From: the human T2T-CHM13v2.0 reference genome, Homo sapiens
Length of the DNA stretch: 64,000 bases
Assembly (NCBI RefSeq): GCF_009914755.1
Contig: NC_060932.1
Reading direction: 5' to 3' (one strand)
The notes beneath the pieces were generated by a model. That model searched no databases. It was given only the letters and a program-made list of their open reading frames with translations, and was not told the DNA's origin. Position numbers and translations under genes: made by a program. Shown piece after piece: positions 30,245 to 45,039 of this stretch. Each line of letters opens with the position of its first letter. Positions within the stretch are counted from its first letter, which is position 1.

Positions 30245-30370
30245 CAGACTGTCTATAGACTGTAAGCTCCTTGAAAGTAAAAACAATGCCTATAATTCAG
30301 TTTTGTATTTCCAACCTTTAAAATTATCCCTAGCTCATAATAGGGGCTCAACAAATGTTGGTGGGATTGA
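30245..30370 (+). mobile_element. L2 3' end
   Basis: tagactgtaagctccttga...ggctcaacaaatgttggtggattgaa. Confidence 0.7.
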
Positions 30371-30419
30371 ACAGTATTATTACTGCATAGATAATAATCT
30401 GGCCTTTTTTATCCTGCCT

Positions 30420-30712
30420 TTTTTTTTTTTTTGAGACGGAGTCTGGCTCTTGTTGCCTAGGCTAGAGTACAATGGCACCATCTCAGCTCACCGCAACTTC
30501 CGCCTCCTGGGTTCAAGCTATTCTCCTGCCTCAGCCTCCTGAGTAGCTAGGATTACAGGCATGTACCACCAAGCCCAGTTAATTTTGTATTTTTAGTAGA
30601 GACAGGGTTTCTCCATGTTGGTCAGGCTGATCTCAAACTCCCGACCTCAGGTGATCTGTTCCCTTGGCCTCCCAAAGTGCTGGGATTACAGGCATGAGCT
30701 ACCGCGCCCAGC
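30420..30712 (-). mobile_element. AluSp/Sq-like
   Basis: tttctccatgttggtcaggctg; TSD atcctgcctt. Confidence 0.95.
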
Positions 30713-31129
30713 CAATCCTGCCTTCTTTTTTTAACCCGAAGCCCAATGGGCCTCTCCCTACCTCTTCAACCCACACCCGCCCTGCTGAACTCTGTTCTTT
30801 GTCTTTCCTTTCTGGGCTGTACCCACATGGTCTGTCCTTGTTTGAGGCTGCGTTGTCTCCTTCTCTGGACACTGGAATGACTCACAGGCTGGAGGGGAGG
30901 GAACTGAGAGGGGGCAGGGCTGACTGGCTCAAAGACCCCGACAGAAAACTGTCAGGGAAGGGTCCTTCCCAGGGAGGGAAGGAGCTCCAAGCAGCACGCG
31001 TGGCCCCGGGGGTCAGAGAGGAAACAGAGGCGTGTCCAACAGGGCCCCTGGCCTGGGCTCCAGACCCGGGAGCCCCCTGGTCTTAGTCTGAGGCCCGTGA
31101 CCTTCTCTGGGTGATGTGCACCTTAGCCA

Positions 31130-31720
31130 AGTTTACAGCTCACCCCAGCTGTCGGAGCACACTGTCACTCCAGCTGTTACTGAGCAATGGATTCCTGTTG
31201 CCAAGATATGGATTTGGTTTTAATAACAGTTAGTGCAAACACTGTAAATTTACTGCTGCAAGAGAGAGTTTTTGAAAACGTCCACTCTGGCTATAATTTT
31301 TCAGCCGCGCCAGCTGTTTGTGCTCAGCTCATACCTGACATGGTGCTTTGAAATAGCAATCACTGTATTTATAAGAAGGCAAGGACTCATAAATATGTCA
31401 CAAGTGGAATATACAACGCCATATTTCACCATTTTCTCTTTTAAAATTGTGAGTTATGGCTGCAGAAATGCACGCCCATTAAAGGTGATATGATGTATTT
31501 TCTGCCTTGTTCAGGAGTCCATCCATCATCAAGACAATAAAGAAAACCGCACTTACTTTTTTCCTGTCGTCTGTAATTTATGATCTCCAAAAAGCTGTAA
31601 CCTTTTGGCAGGCTTTGCAGAAACCACTGCACTGTTAGCAACTAAATAACCTTTTATAAGGTTTTAAATGTGTTGCTACAGTCTCAATGCACTTGCTGTA
31701 TTGATCCAGAAGATCTTGGG
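31130..31720. promoter_or_regulatory. Candidate conserved enhancer
   Basis: Repeat-free; clustered CAGCTG E-boxes, ctgtca (MEIS), tcataaat, tttatga and tttataag (HOX/CDX) motifs. Confidence 0.45.
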
Positions 31721-32249
31721 GGGGAAAAGAAGGTAGGGGGAGGAATGGAAGAAGGTGATCTATAACAAGATCGATAACAGCATATAGATTGTTGAAAGAT
31801 GCTTCTAATGATTTTTGCCAGCCATCATCTTTCAGCACGCCACTCCCTATCTCTTAGGCTTTGGTCTTGTCTCAGAATTGACTGACCTTGCCTCCCAGCT
31901 GCCTCCCTCTCTCCCTCCCTCCCATCCAGCAGCCAGACAGGGAGAAGAAAGAAGAACATATTGGCCACCACAGGCTATTTGCAGAAAAGCTCTGAGAATC
32001 ACAGGGCTGAAAGGTACCTTCAAGTCTATCTCAGGATACAGATATGGAAACCGAGGCCCAGCGAGCGGCTGTGACTTGCCCAAGGTCGAATGAACCCGGA
32101 TTTGGATGCTGGATTCAGTCTACTCTTTTCCAACCCTATCACCCCACCTCTCATGTTTGCCCCAGAGAAAGAGGGAGTGGAGGGAGCAGGTGAATGCATT
32201 TCTGATGAGCTTTGCAGACCTAATAAATCTGCCTGGCAACAAGGTGTGG

Positions 32250-32450
32250 TAGAAAGATAATGAGCCTGGAAATCACATAGACCCAGGCTGGATCTCACCC
32301 CCACCCTCACTCCCTTGGGCAGGTAACTGACTTCTCTTGGTCTCTGCTCCTCCACCTGTATGAGGGCAATCATAATTTACCTTGTAAGATGATGGAGAAG
32401 ATTAGATCTTGTGTCTGGGAGACACTGAGATCAAAGACTGGTGTGCACAT
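32250..32450 (+). mobile_element. MIR
   Basis: ccttgggcaggtaactgacttctct...ctccacctgta. Confidence 0.65.
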
Positions 32451-32783
32451 AGCAGGTGAACACGAGAAGTGACTGGCTATGGTGCAGCTCATCCAGCTCC
32501 TCCCATATCCACCATTTTCTGGGCTCCCTCCTCTTCCTTTGTCCTGCCTTATCCTCCAGGTCAATGGCCATAGAAACTTCCAGGGAAGAGCCAGCAATGG
32601 AGGAAAGTAGGATAATCTTTAACCACAAAATCTTTAGCACAGGGCCATTTCCCTGATTGTTGCAGAGGAAAGCACTTGGAGTGAATAGGTTGTCTAAGCC
32701 TAAGCTGGGCCAAGCTCACACAGCACGGGGACCAGGCCTGCACAGTTCCCTTTAGAGATGCCCACAGGAAGCTGCATGCATGA

Positions 32784-33088
<305 letters not shown>

Positions 33089-33149
33089 GCATGAGCTTTT
33101 AACACTACCTTCTTGGCAGTGATAATTTGCAGGTTAAAAAATATATATA

Positions 33150-33332
33150 TGGGGGTGGTGGGGAAGGGGAGGGAGAGCATTAGGACCAATACCTAATGCA
33201 TATGGGCTTAAAACCTAGATGACGGGTTGATAGGTGCAGCAAACCATCATGGGACATGTATACCTACGTAACAAACCGGCACGTTCTGCACATGTATCCC
33301 AGAAATTAAAGTGAAATTGAAAAAAAAAAAAT
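33150..33332 (+). mobile_element. L1PA 3' terminus
   Basis: gggagagcattaggac...gggttgataggtgcagcaaacc...ctgcacatgtatcccagaa + poly(A). Confidence 0.9.
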
Positions 33333-33333
33333 G

Positions 33334-33941
33334 GGCCTGGCATGGTGGCTCAAGCCTGTAATTTCAGCACTTTGGGAGGCCGAGACAGGTAGATCACTTC
33401 AGGTCAGGAGTTCAAGACCAGCCTGGCCAACATGGTGAAACCTTGTCTCTACTAAAAATACAAAAAAAAACAAAAACAAAATAGCCAGGTGTGGTGGTAC
33501 AGGCCCAGAGTCCCAGCTACTCAGGAGGCAGAGGCAGGAGAATCACTTGAACCCAGGAGACAGAGGCTGCGATGAGCCAAGATCACACCACTGCACTCCA
33601 GCCTAGGTGATAGAGCAAAACTCTGTCTCGAAAAAGAAAAAATGTCTGGGCCTGGGCACAGTGACTCATGCCTGGAATCCCAGCACTTGGGAGGCCAAGA
33701 TAAGAAGATCTCTTGAGCCCAGTAGTTCAAGACCAGCCTGGGCAACATAGTGAGGCTCAGTTTCTACAAAAAAGTATATATTTAGGAGTTAGCCAGGCGT
33801 GGTGGTGCGCACCTGTAGTCCCAGCTAATCAGGAGACTAAGACGGGAGGATGGCTTGAGCCCAGGAGTTCAAGGCTGCTGTGAGCTATGATCACACCACT
33901 GCACTCTAGCCTGGGAAACAGAGAGACCCTGTCTCAAAAAA
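33334..33941 (+). mobile_element. Two tandem Alus (AluS 33334-33640; AluJ 33649-33941)
   Basis: Two complete dimers head-to-tail directly after the L1 tail. Confidence 0.93.
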
Positions 33942-34089
33942 ATTTGTTTTAAAATGTCCTGTAATTCAACCAGACTGCAGTACAGTGGATGTGTCTCGGC
34001 ATATCCATGATCAGGGAACCATCCCACAAGACAGCCCTCCTTTCTCAAAATCCTGGTGCTTTTCGCCCCAGGAACCTGCTGCCCTGGAA

Positions 34090-34310
34090 CATGGATCCAC
34101 AAACTGCAGTCTGCAGGATAAATCCAACCAGAGCCTGTTTATATAAAGAAAGTTTCGTTAAAACACAGAAGTTCCATTCCTTGATGCATTGTGCATGGCT
34201 GCTTTCGAAATACAACAGCAGAGTAGAGTCGTTAAAACAGAAATCAGAAGGCACACCACACCTAAAATATATACTCACTTGCCTTTTGTGAGAAAATTTG
34301 TAAACCCCTG
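34090..34310 (+). mobile_element. MER58A
   Basis: atggctgctttcg...acagcagagtagagt...cctaaaatat...aaatttgtaaacccctg. Confidence 0.75.
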
Positions 34311-34399
34311 TTCTGGACTCTATCCAGCAATGCTGCATGACAGGGGAGGCTTTTTAGTAAAAAGCAATCAATAAGTAGTATGCATATGGCGATGTATTG

Positions 34400-34715
34400 T
34401 TTACCAAGTGTGCTCATGAATGGGATCCCAGCAATCCTGTGAGATGGAGATTCTCATTATTCCTGTATTACAGAAGAGCATACTGAGAATCAGAGAAGCA
34501 AAATAATTTACCCAAGGTCACACAGAGAGTCAGAGGTGGAGCTAGGGGTTGAGGCCAGGCCAGGTGATCTAAGAGCCTAAGCATCCCTACTATTCCACCC
34601 TGAAGTGGAGAAGCCCTGGGCTGACTCCAGTGCTACTACCCAACAGCTGGTGACCTTGGGAAGGTCACTTAACCTCTCTGGACCCTAGTGTCTTCAAATC
34701 CAAAATAAGGAGTCA
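34400..34715. mobile_element. MIR relics in both orientations
   Basis: cccaaggtcacacag (-); gtgaccttgggaaggtcacttaacctctctg (+). Confidence 0.7.
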
Positions 34716-34718
34716 CAA

Positions 34719-35037
34719 AGCTGAGCGCAGTGGCTCACACCTGTAATCCCACACTTTGGGAGGCCGAGGCAGGAGGATCGTTTGAGGTCAGGAGTTTGAG
34801 ACCAGCCTGGGCAAAAGAGCAAGATCCCATCTCTACAAAAAAATAAAATAAAAAATCAGCCAAGTGTCGTGGCACATGCCTGTAGTTTCAGCTCCTCACA
34901 AGGCTGAGGCAAGAGGATCCCCTGAGCCCAGGAGTTCGAGTCTTCAGTGAGCTATGATTGCACTACTGGACTCCAGCCTAGGCAACAGAGTCAAACCCTG
35001 TCTCTAAAAAAGAAACAACAACAACCACCAAAAAAAA
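34719..35037 (+). mobile_element. AluJ
   Basis: gaggatcccctgagcccaggagttcgag...gagctatgattg. Confidence 0.92.
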
Positions 35038-35559
35038 TGAAGAGTTGTTCATTGGCGAGCCACTAAAACACTCATTTTGATAGATGCTAAGGGACTCTCC
35101 AAGCAAAACCCACAATGCAAACAGCGTGTGAAACATCTCCTGAGGCAAAAACCCAGTTTCCCTTGCCTGATCCGACGCCTCCTCCACCCACAGACGGATC
35201 ACAGAAGAAGCTCCCGGGCAGGCCTGTGGATGTGAAGGAAGGGGGTCAGGAGAGGCCTGCTTCGAGGACTGGCCCTCCTAAAGCCCCTCAAGTGCTCCTG
35301 GACCCCAAAAAAGCCCCATCAGAGGGTAGAAACATTATCAGCAGGCAGGAGAGGTTGCTGAACACACAAAGACACCTCCCACCCCACACCAACCTCACCG
35401 CCGCTCCCTGGTCATGCGGCCTCCGGAGAGAGCAGTCTGCGTTGCCAGAAAGCCCCCGCTGCCTCAGTGGTGCTAGGCTGCCTCACACCTGTTGCGGAGG
35501 TTGAGGCAGGGGCAGGTGAAAGCAGGAGGGAGAATGCTCATCCCTTTGTCATAGGAACT

Positions 35560-35830
35560 GCCATCTCTCTGTGTCGACGTCGCTGTCTTCTTTCTCTCTT
35601 TTCGTACGCTCTCCCAGAGCACCCCCCAAATCATTATTAACATGATCAATAAAAATGAGAAACAAGTTATTAAATATAAAATATGCAAAGTTCCTCCCAG
35701 AACTCACTGGGCAGTTCATAAATGTGGCAGCTTAATGTTGCTGCTGATGCAGGCAGCTGATGGAGCCTCACCGGCTCCTGGCTAATTGAAGCTGTTAACG
35801 AAGTGGAAGAGAGAGGTGATTACGGGTGGC
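35560..35830. promoter_or_regulatory. Candidate enhancer inside a CpG-enriched region
   Basis: caataaaa, ttcataaat, ctaattg and cagctg motifs; many retained CpGs around it. Confidence 0.35.
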
Positions 35831-36034
35831 TTCTTCCCACCTGTGGGAGGATCAGAAGAGCAGCCCTCGACTAAGACCCACGACAGAGTCCATGGTCCTC
35901 GTTGTGTACCTGCAGCCACCGACACCAGGGCCAAGGGCCTGGAAATTCCCAACCTACTCAGATCTCAGAGTCTCCACCTGGAGCCCACTTTACGATCCAA
36001 CAGGGTCCTCACCTCTCATCTCGAGAGAAGCATT

Positions 36035-36550
36035 TTCTTCTTTTCTTTTTTTTTTTTTTAAGAGATGGGGTCTTGCTCTGTCGCCCTGGAGTGCAGTGGC
36101 ATGATGAGAGCTCACTGCAGCCTCGAACTCCTGGGCCCAAGGGAATCTCCCCGCCTCAGCCTCCCCCATAGCTGGGACTATAGGCGTGCACCACCACACC
36201 TGGCTAATTTTTGTATTTTCCGTACAGACAGATTTCACCATGTTACCCAGGCTGATCTCAAACACCTGAGCTCAAGCCATCTGCCCGCCTTAGCCTTCCA
36301 AGTCAGGGTTTCACCATGTTATCCAGGCTGGACTCAGGCTCCTGAGCTCAAGTCATCTGCCCACCTTCCAAATAGCTGGGACTACAGGTGCACACCACCA
36401 TGTCAGGCTAATATTTTAATTTTTTTTTTATGGAGATAGGGGTCTCATTATGTTGCCCAGGCTGGTCTCAAATTCCTGGCCCCAAGCGGTCCTTCTGCCT
36501 TGGCCTCCCAAAGTGCTGACGTTACAGGCCTGAGCCACTGCATTCGGCCT
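36035..36550 (-). mobile_element. Composite AluJ/FLAM array (about four monomers)
   Basis: Right arm, then left arm, duplicated left-arm segment and a further monomer. Confidence 0.85.
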
Positions 36551-36659
36551 AAGAAATGCATTTTCACCCAGAGATTGGGGCAGGGTCCAGAAACAGTTGG
36601 TTTTAGGGTAACTGAAGGGATTCTGACTCACATAAGCTTTTGTCCTCAAAACCCATGCC

Positions 36660-37050
36660 AGGTAGAAACAACCCATCTGTCTGCCAACAGATGAATGGAT
36701 AACACATTGTGGCATACACTTATGCTGGTGTTCAGGCATAGAAGGAATAAAGCGTCGATGCCACACACAGAGGGGCCTTAAAAACATGATGCCAAGTGGA
36801 AGAAGCCAGGGACAGGAGGCATATGATTCCGTTTTCCTGAAATATCCAGAATAGGTCAATCCATAGAGCCAGAAAGTGGACTCACAGGGAAGAACTGCTT
36901 AACGCCTGCAGGGTTTTGTTTTGGGGTGAGGAAAGGGTTTTGCAGCTAGACAGAAGTGGAGTTGCACCACATTGTGAGTGACTGAATGTGGATGAATTGT
37001 TCACTTTAAAAGGCTTAATTTTATATGAATTTCACCTCCATTTTTAAAAC
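36660..37050 (+). mobile_element. L1MB 3' end
   Basis: cagatgaatggataacacattgtgg...gaaatatccagaatagg...ttgttcactttaaaa. Confidence 0.85.
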
Positions 37051-37429
37051 GGGGGGAAAAACACAAAACCCAGGCTGCTTGACCTCCCCACGTCCTATGA
37101 AGCTGTGCTCCTTTTTGTGGGCTTCTGATTTTTCCCTCAGGAAACTCGATCAAGATCTAGCTCTGTCACCCAGTTCCTTGCATGGAAGGGGGTGACCCGG
37201 TGCCTCTGGCTTCCCCCTCTTCAACCCATCCAAGCATCAGAAAGACCTGCCAGCCATTTCCCCCAGTCAGGGGGCGTAGAGGAGGAGCAAGGGAGCCTTT
37301 GGGAGGCAGAGCTCAGTACAGAAGAATGAACAGGAGCTTCAAGACCAAAGAAGCCAGTGCCGCCACTCCACTGTGGTGAAGGGTGAGCAGAAGGCAGGTG
37401 GAAGGGAGCATTATTGCAGTTCTGCTTTG

Positions 37430-37570
37430 CCTGGGTTTAGCTGTGCGATCTTGAATAAGACTCTTGAATTCTCTGATCCTCAGTTTCCTCATCTATAAAA
37501 CAGGGATGTAGATATCAGCCTCGCCCTCTTCATGGATTTATTTTAAGCATCAAATGAAATCCTTTGTATA
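37430..37570 (+). mobile_element. MIR
   Basis: cctcagtttcctcatctataaaa. Confidence 0.75.
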
Positions 37571-37964
37571 TCTGTTATTGATAACTCTTCTAAAAGCAGT
37601 GTATTAACCAACAAGCGTTTATTAAGGAACGGCTAAATTCCTAGCAGAGGTTCAGGAATGCACAGGAAGCAGGAGTTGGGAGCCAGGTGGAGGGGATGGA
37701 GAGTAGCTATGAGGGACAATCCCTGCCTTCTTTATAGGAAGGCAAAACTAATAGAAACAAAACTACTAGGAAGCAAAGAACAGTGATCTACGATCAGTCC
37801 TGTGTATTGACACGGGAAAGATCAAGGGTTCTGAACACTGAGAATCCAGGAACCGATGTTCTAGCCACACTACTGCCAATGCTGTAAGCTACTTGGGAGT
37901 CATTTGAATATTTTGGTGTTAGATTCCTTGTTTTCCAGGTGAAAGAGTTCAATTAAAAGTCCTC

Positions 37965-38640
<676 letters not shown>

Positions 38641-38692
38641 TTAATAAATAAGCCAAAAGATAACTGTTTTTGATATGTAAAGAAGTCAATAG

Positions 38693-39077
<385 letters not shown>

Positions 39078-39707
39078 TTATGATAAAGAAAATCTAGAAA
39101 CAGTCTGAATCAAAGCAATAAGAATAGTTTTCATTTTAATCTTGGTAGAGTCACATTACATAGTCATTGATAATCATATTTTTCATAATATTTAATGATA
39201 AAAGAAAGTGTTCATAATCAAAGAGAAAAAAAGAACTTTCATGATTCCAGTTTTGTTTTGTTTTTACTAAAAAAAAAAAAAAGTCATAAGTAGGAGATAA
39301 ATAGGTCGAAATTAATGAAAGGCTAGAAGGATATACACCAAAGAGTTAACAGTAGTTCCCTCTGAATGTGGATTAATAATTTTATTTCTCCTTTTGTGTT
39401 TTTCTGATTTCTACAATGAGCACATTATTTTCTAATTTAGAAAAAATATACATAATATGCAATACAACAGAAAAGCAAATTCAGGGTTTTACATTCAGTT
39501 TCATTAAAATTTAATTCTAACACCAAAATGATAAAAACCTTCACTGAAACAAATTTTCAAAGGTTATTAAAAAACGACTGTTATCTTTCTAAGGCTGTTT
39601 CTCCATAACAGCACCCATCTCACTTAATTGTTGACTAGCCTACCTCTGTTCTCAATTACACTTGCAATTCCTTGGAAGCAGGACAGGAATTGAGTCATAT
39701 CCACTCA

Positions 39708-40208
<501 letters not shown>

Positions 40209-40638
40209 TTATTCATCTACTCAGTGAACCTGCTAGGTCTGCGCACTGCACTGGACACAGAGCTAACTATGACACTGTGCCTCGCTGGGAGGAATCGCAG
40301 GTTAGAGATAGAGGTAGACACATGCAAAAAGATAGGAATAAAATAATGAAGCTAGAACAGGGAACACCAAAGAAGAAACTGTCCATCCTGCTGGCACAGA
40401 GGGCAGCAAGAGCAGTTGTGGAGAGGGACAGGCCATGAGGACAGTGCTGGAGGGAGAGGGAGGACGGGAGAAGGTGTCCTGCAGCATGCATCACAACTCC
40501 ATCACCCAGTGACCATCCCCAACTTCCACACAAAGTTCACAGGCAGGGAAACCAAGGACCTGGAAACAGGAACACCTCCTCGGGAGGGCAAATCCACACG
40601 CCTGCAGCCTGGGTTGGTGTCCCAGCGGGCTATCCCTG

Positions 40639-41051
40639 TGTAGCAGTCCATTCTTGCATTGCTATAAAGAAATACCTGAGACTGGGTAATTTATAAAGAG
40701 ATGTAATGAGCTCACGGTTCTGCAGGCTGTACAGGAAGCATGGTGCTGGCATCTGCTCAGCTTCTGGGGGACCTGGGGAAGCTTCCAATCATGGGGGAAG
40801 GTAAAAGGGAAGCAGTCATGTCACACAGCCAGAGCAGGGGCAAGAGAGAGAGGAGGGGACGCCACACCCTTTTAAACAACCAGATCTCATGAGAACTCAC
40901 TATCACAAAAACAGCACCAAGGGGACAGTGCTAAATCATTCATGAAGGATCCACCCCTATGATCCAATCACCTCCCATCAGGCCCCACCTCCAACATTGA
41001 AGATTACAATTCAACATGAGATTTGGTGGGGACACGGATCCAAACCTATCA
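40639..41051 (-). mobile_element. MSTA-type ERVL-MaLR solo LTR
   Basis: TG...CA ends; ttgctataaagaaatacctgagactggg; catgagatttggtggggacac; 5-bp TSD ccctg/cccta. Confidence 0.92.
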
Positions 41052-41374
41052 CCCTATGGCCAATGCCTTGGGCCTCAATATCCAAGTCTGCAGGAATCAT
41101 GTGTCCAACTCAAACTGGGAAATGATTTTCACCTTGAGAAGAGGTGGTCCTTAAACTGGGGACCCAATAATCATGCTGTCTGCATCACAGTGCCGTCACC
41201 CCGTGGCAATGAAGGGAGAGTGGAAGGCAGGTGGAAAGGGGAGTTTCTCCCCATGTTTGGCTCCCTGACTTTAAAATGAGGTGACCTTACCTGGAGAGTT
41301 GGTGGGACTTCTCCCAAGGAGTTCCCTGAAAGCATGTCTTCTGGATACAAGAAAAGTGTTGTTGTTGTTGTTGT

Positions 41375-42255
<881 letters not shown>

Positions 42256-43694
42256 TCAGGAAGGGGGTTTTTATCTATGCAGTAAATACCAGTGTCTGCC
42301 TCAGAGCTGCTGCTGGCCCTGATCTGGAATGCATTATTTGAACACAAGCAAATGTAGATTGTCGTCTTCAAGTGGAGCTTCTCAGGGAGGTAACAAAATG
42401 TTGCCATTGGCCTGGAAGTCAAATGAGGCTCTGCATGACATGGTGTGACCTGTGATGCTGACACGCCGGCCCTCCCCTTCCATCCCAAGGAGAGAAAGCC
42501 CAGGATTGGGAACAGAGCCCATGACTTCAACCACTTCCCAGAGCACCCCTGGACGGCAAGGAATCCTCGTGTGGCAGGTCCATGGAATTGCGTTGTCCCC
42601 TCTCCAGGACACATGCACGGCACGTTCAGTCATTCTTCGTGCAGGGCTGATTGTCTACCACGTGTCTTACACTGGGAGAGGTATTGGGGGCAGCGGTGGC
42701 CTCCGAATGGAGAGCAGACCCAGGTCCAGCCTGCACAATCTTTCTGGGACTGTGGTCAGCCCTCATTACCACCCTGCAGCTCTCCTCCCCTCCACAGACA
42801 CGTGAAAAGACATCGTTGTTGGCTGCTTCTGGGGGGAGTGTTTTAGGGAGGAAGTGGGACTTGAACAGTCCCACTTTGAGGGAGCAGAAGGCTTCGTTAC
42901 AGGGAAAAAGGCAATCCAGGTGGGGGCATTCAGACCAACCAAGGCACAGAGGAGACAGTGATTCAGAACCCTAGGCCCACGGAGCTGCTGTGGGAGGTGG
43001 AGTGGTGAAGGCCCCTCCAACAGCTCCTGCTTATGGGTTGAGAAGACGGCAGGTACCACTCTTCGGACTTCCCCCTGAGAGGAATGATGTGAGGCCTCTT
43101 GTTAAAACCTGCTCTGAGCTCTTGCTGCTGGCAGCTCCTAGAGGACAGGGGAAACCTGAAATAGGAATGGCATCCACCCTCCGCAGTGCCCCTCGGGTGA
43201 GGTCTGGTGCTGTGGGAAAGCACCCATTCTGACCTGGTGGCGGCTTCCCCTGAGGAGCTCATCCACCTGGAGCATGTTGCCCTGTTCTGTGTTCCAGGCA
43301 GCACAGTCAGGGAAAAGGACTTAGCTCCGGGCATGCAGGGTGCCCTCCGGGCTCTGCGTGGATGCTGAAGCAGGGACCAGAGGCTGGCACCAGAGCACGT
43401 CTCAGGAGGTTCCCTTGGTCTAGTGTCCTCGCCTACTTAGCAGACAGCACTAAGTGGGGCCCTAAGGTCCACAAAAGGGACAGGACTGCCCGGAATTGCC
43501 CACAGGGAGTGAGTGGGCAAGGTAGCAGGCCCAGGCCTGCACCATCCAAGCAGGAGGAGGAACGTGGTGGGTGGGCTGCTTTGACACGGTGGTCACAGGC
43601 CTGGTCGTGGGAAGGCCAAATGTCACACTGGTTGAGTTAGACCAAAGTGCCCATTGCTTTTCTTTATTTTCATTTTCTATCTTGATAAAAGCTT

Positions 43695-43812
43695 GCATGT
43701 GTGTGAGTGTGCGTGTGTGCACCCATGTGTGTTTGTGCATGTGTGTGTTTGTGCATGTGTGTGTATGTGTGTATGCATATGTATGTTTGTGTGTGCATGT
43801 GTGTGTATGTTG
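43695..43812. repeat. Degenerate (TG)n microsatellite
   Basis: gtgtgagtgtgcgtgtgtgc... Confidence 0.85.
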
Positions 43813-44289
43813 TGTTTTACATTGCCACAAGATAAATAGAACCATGACTTACACTTCATAATTCCCACAGGGATTTCACATGCATTTGACAGTTGGGGCA
43901 TGTGTCCTGATGCCATAATTTTTTCCCCATCTAGAAAGATAAAGGGGGTGGTGTTCATGTTCCCCAAAACCACAGCCCTCTAATGTTATGTCTATGCCAT
44001 GCCTCCTCTCCCACTGCCTCCCAGCCCCACCAAAGGGCAGTAAATCACAGAGACTAAGCACTATTCTCAAGGCAGCTCCTGTCCATTCCTTTGGGGCAGG
44101 TGTCATTAAGAATTAAAACCAACTTCTGCCCCCAGGTACGGGGACAAATCCTCCCTCCTTAGCCACACTAACCTCCTGGAGAAGGTAAAACCCTGAACTC
44201 TGAGAAGAGGTCAGATGACTTGGACACAAAGATGGGCTTTTCAAAAAAGGCACGGGGATGGGAGTGGCTGGAAGAGAAAGCAGGAGTCC

Positions 44290-44580
44290 AGTGCATAATG
44301 TTATGTTTTAAACCACATGCCTTTTTCCAGACTGGGTTATTAAATTAATTCAGAACTTATGCTCACACTTAAAAGATTTCTGTCATATTTTATGAACACG
44401 ATGATCTCAGAGTAATTTGCACTGGAAATGTGTCATATTAAATCAGGGGCACTAATAAACTTTATTACTTAAACTCCACATGGATCAGACATGGCAGATA
44501 AACCATCTTACTTTTGCACTCATCTTTATACCATAGAAATATGGCCCCTCCTATGGGAAAACATAAACAAACTTGATAGC
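44290..44580. promoter_or_regulatory. Candidate conserved non-coding element
   Basis: taaattaatt, ctgtcatattttatga, taatttgca and agataa motifs in unique sequence. Confidence 0.35.
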
Positions 44581-45039
44581 CTTTCCTGTGCCCCACCATA
44601 AATGTATCCATCTGGGCTGGAGGCATCACCTGCCTGTCCTACTACCCCACACAGAAGCTTAGCATGGAAGTGGGAAGGTCTGATCCAGGCAGAGAGATTT
44701 CATCAGGGTTTTAAAATGCTTTCATTTCTGTGGCTTTATCACCTTTTGTTCACACTGGCCTGGCCTTTATACTGGGCTGTGTGTAATAGCTAAGAATGGG
44801 TTTACAGGTACAAGTATGGTATAAAAAGTACTGACTGGTGAGTTACGAGGCCTGAGTTCTTCTGGTTCTGCTACCAGCTGGCTCTGTGATCTGAGCACAA
44901 ATCAGACAGGACCATGTAATAGAAAAAGCATAGGCGTTGGGATCAGAGGTTTATTTCCATTTAACAGATGTTTTTTGAAAGCGTAACATGATCCAGGCCC
45001 TTGGCAGGGCACTAGAGATGCAAGAATGAATAAGAATTC

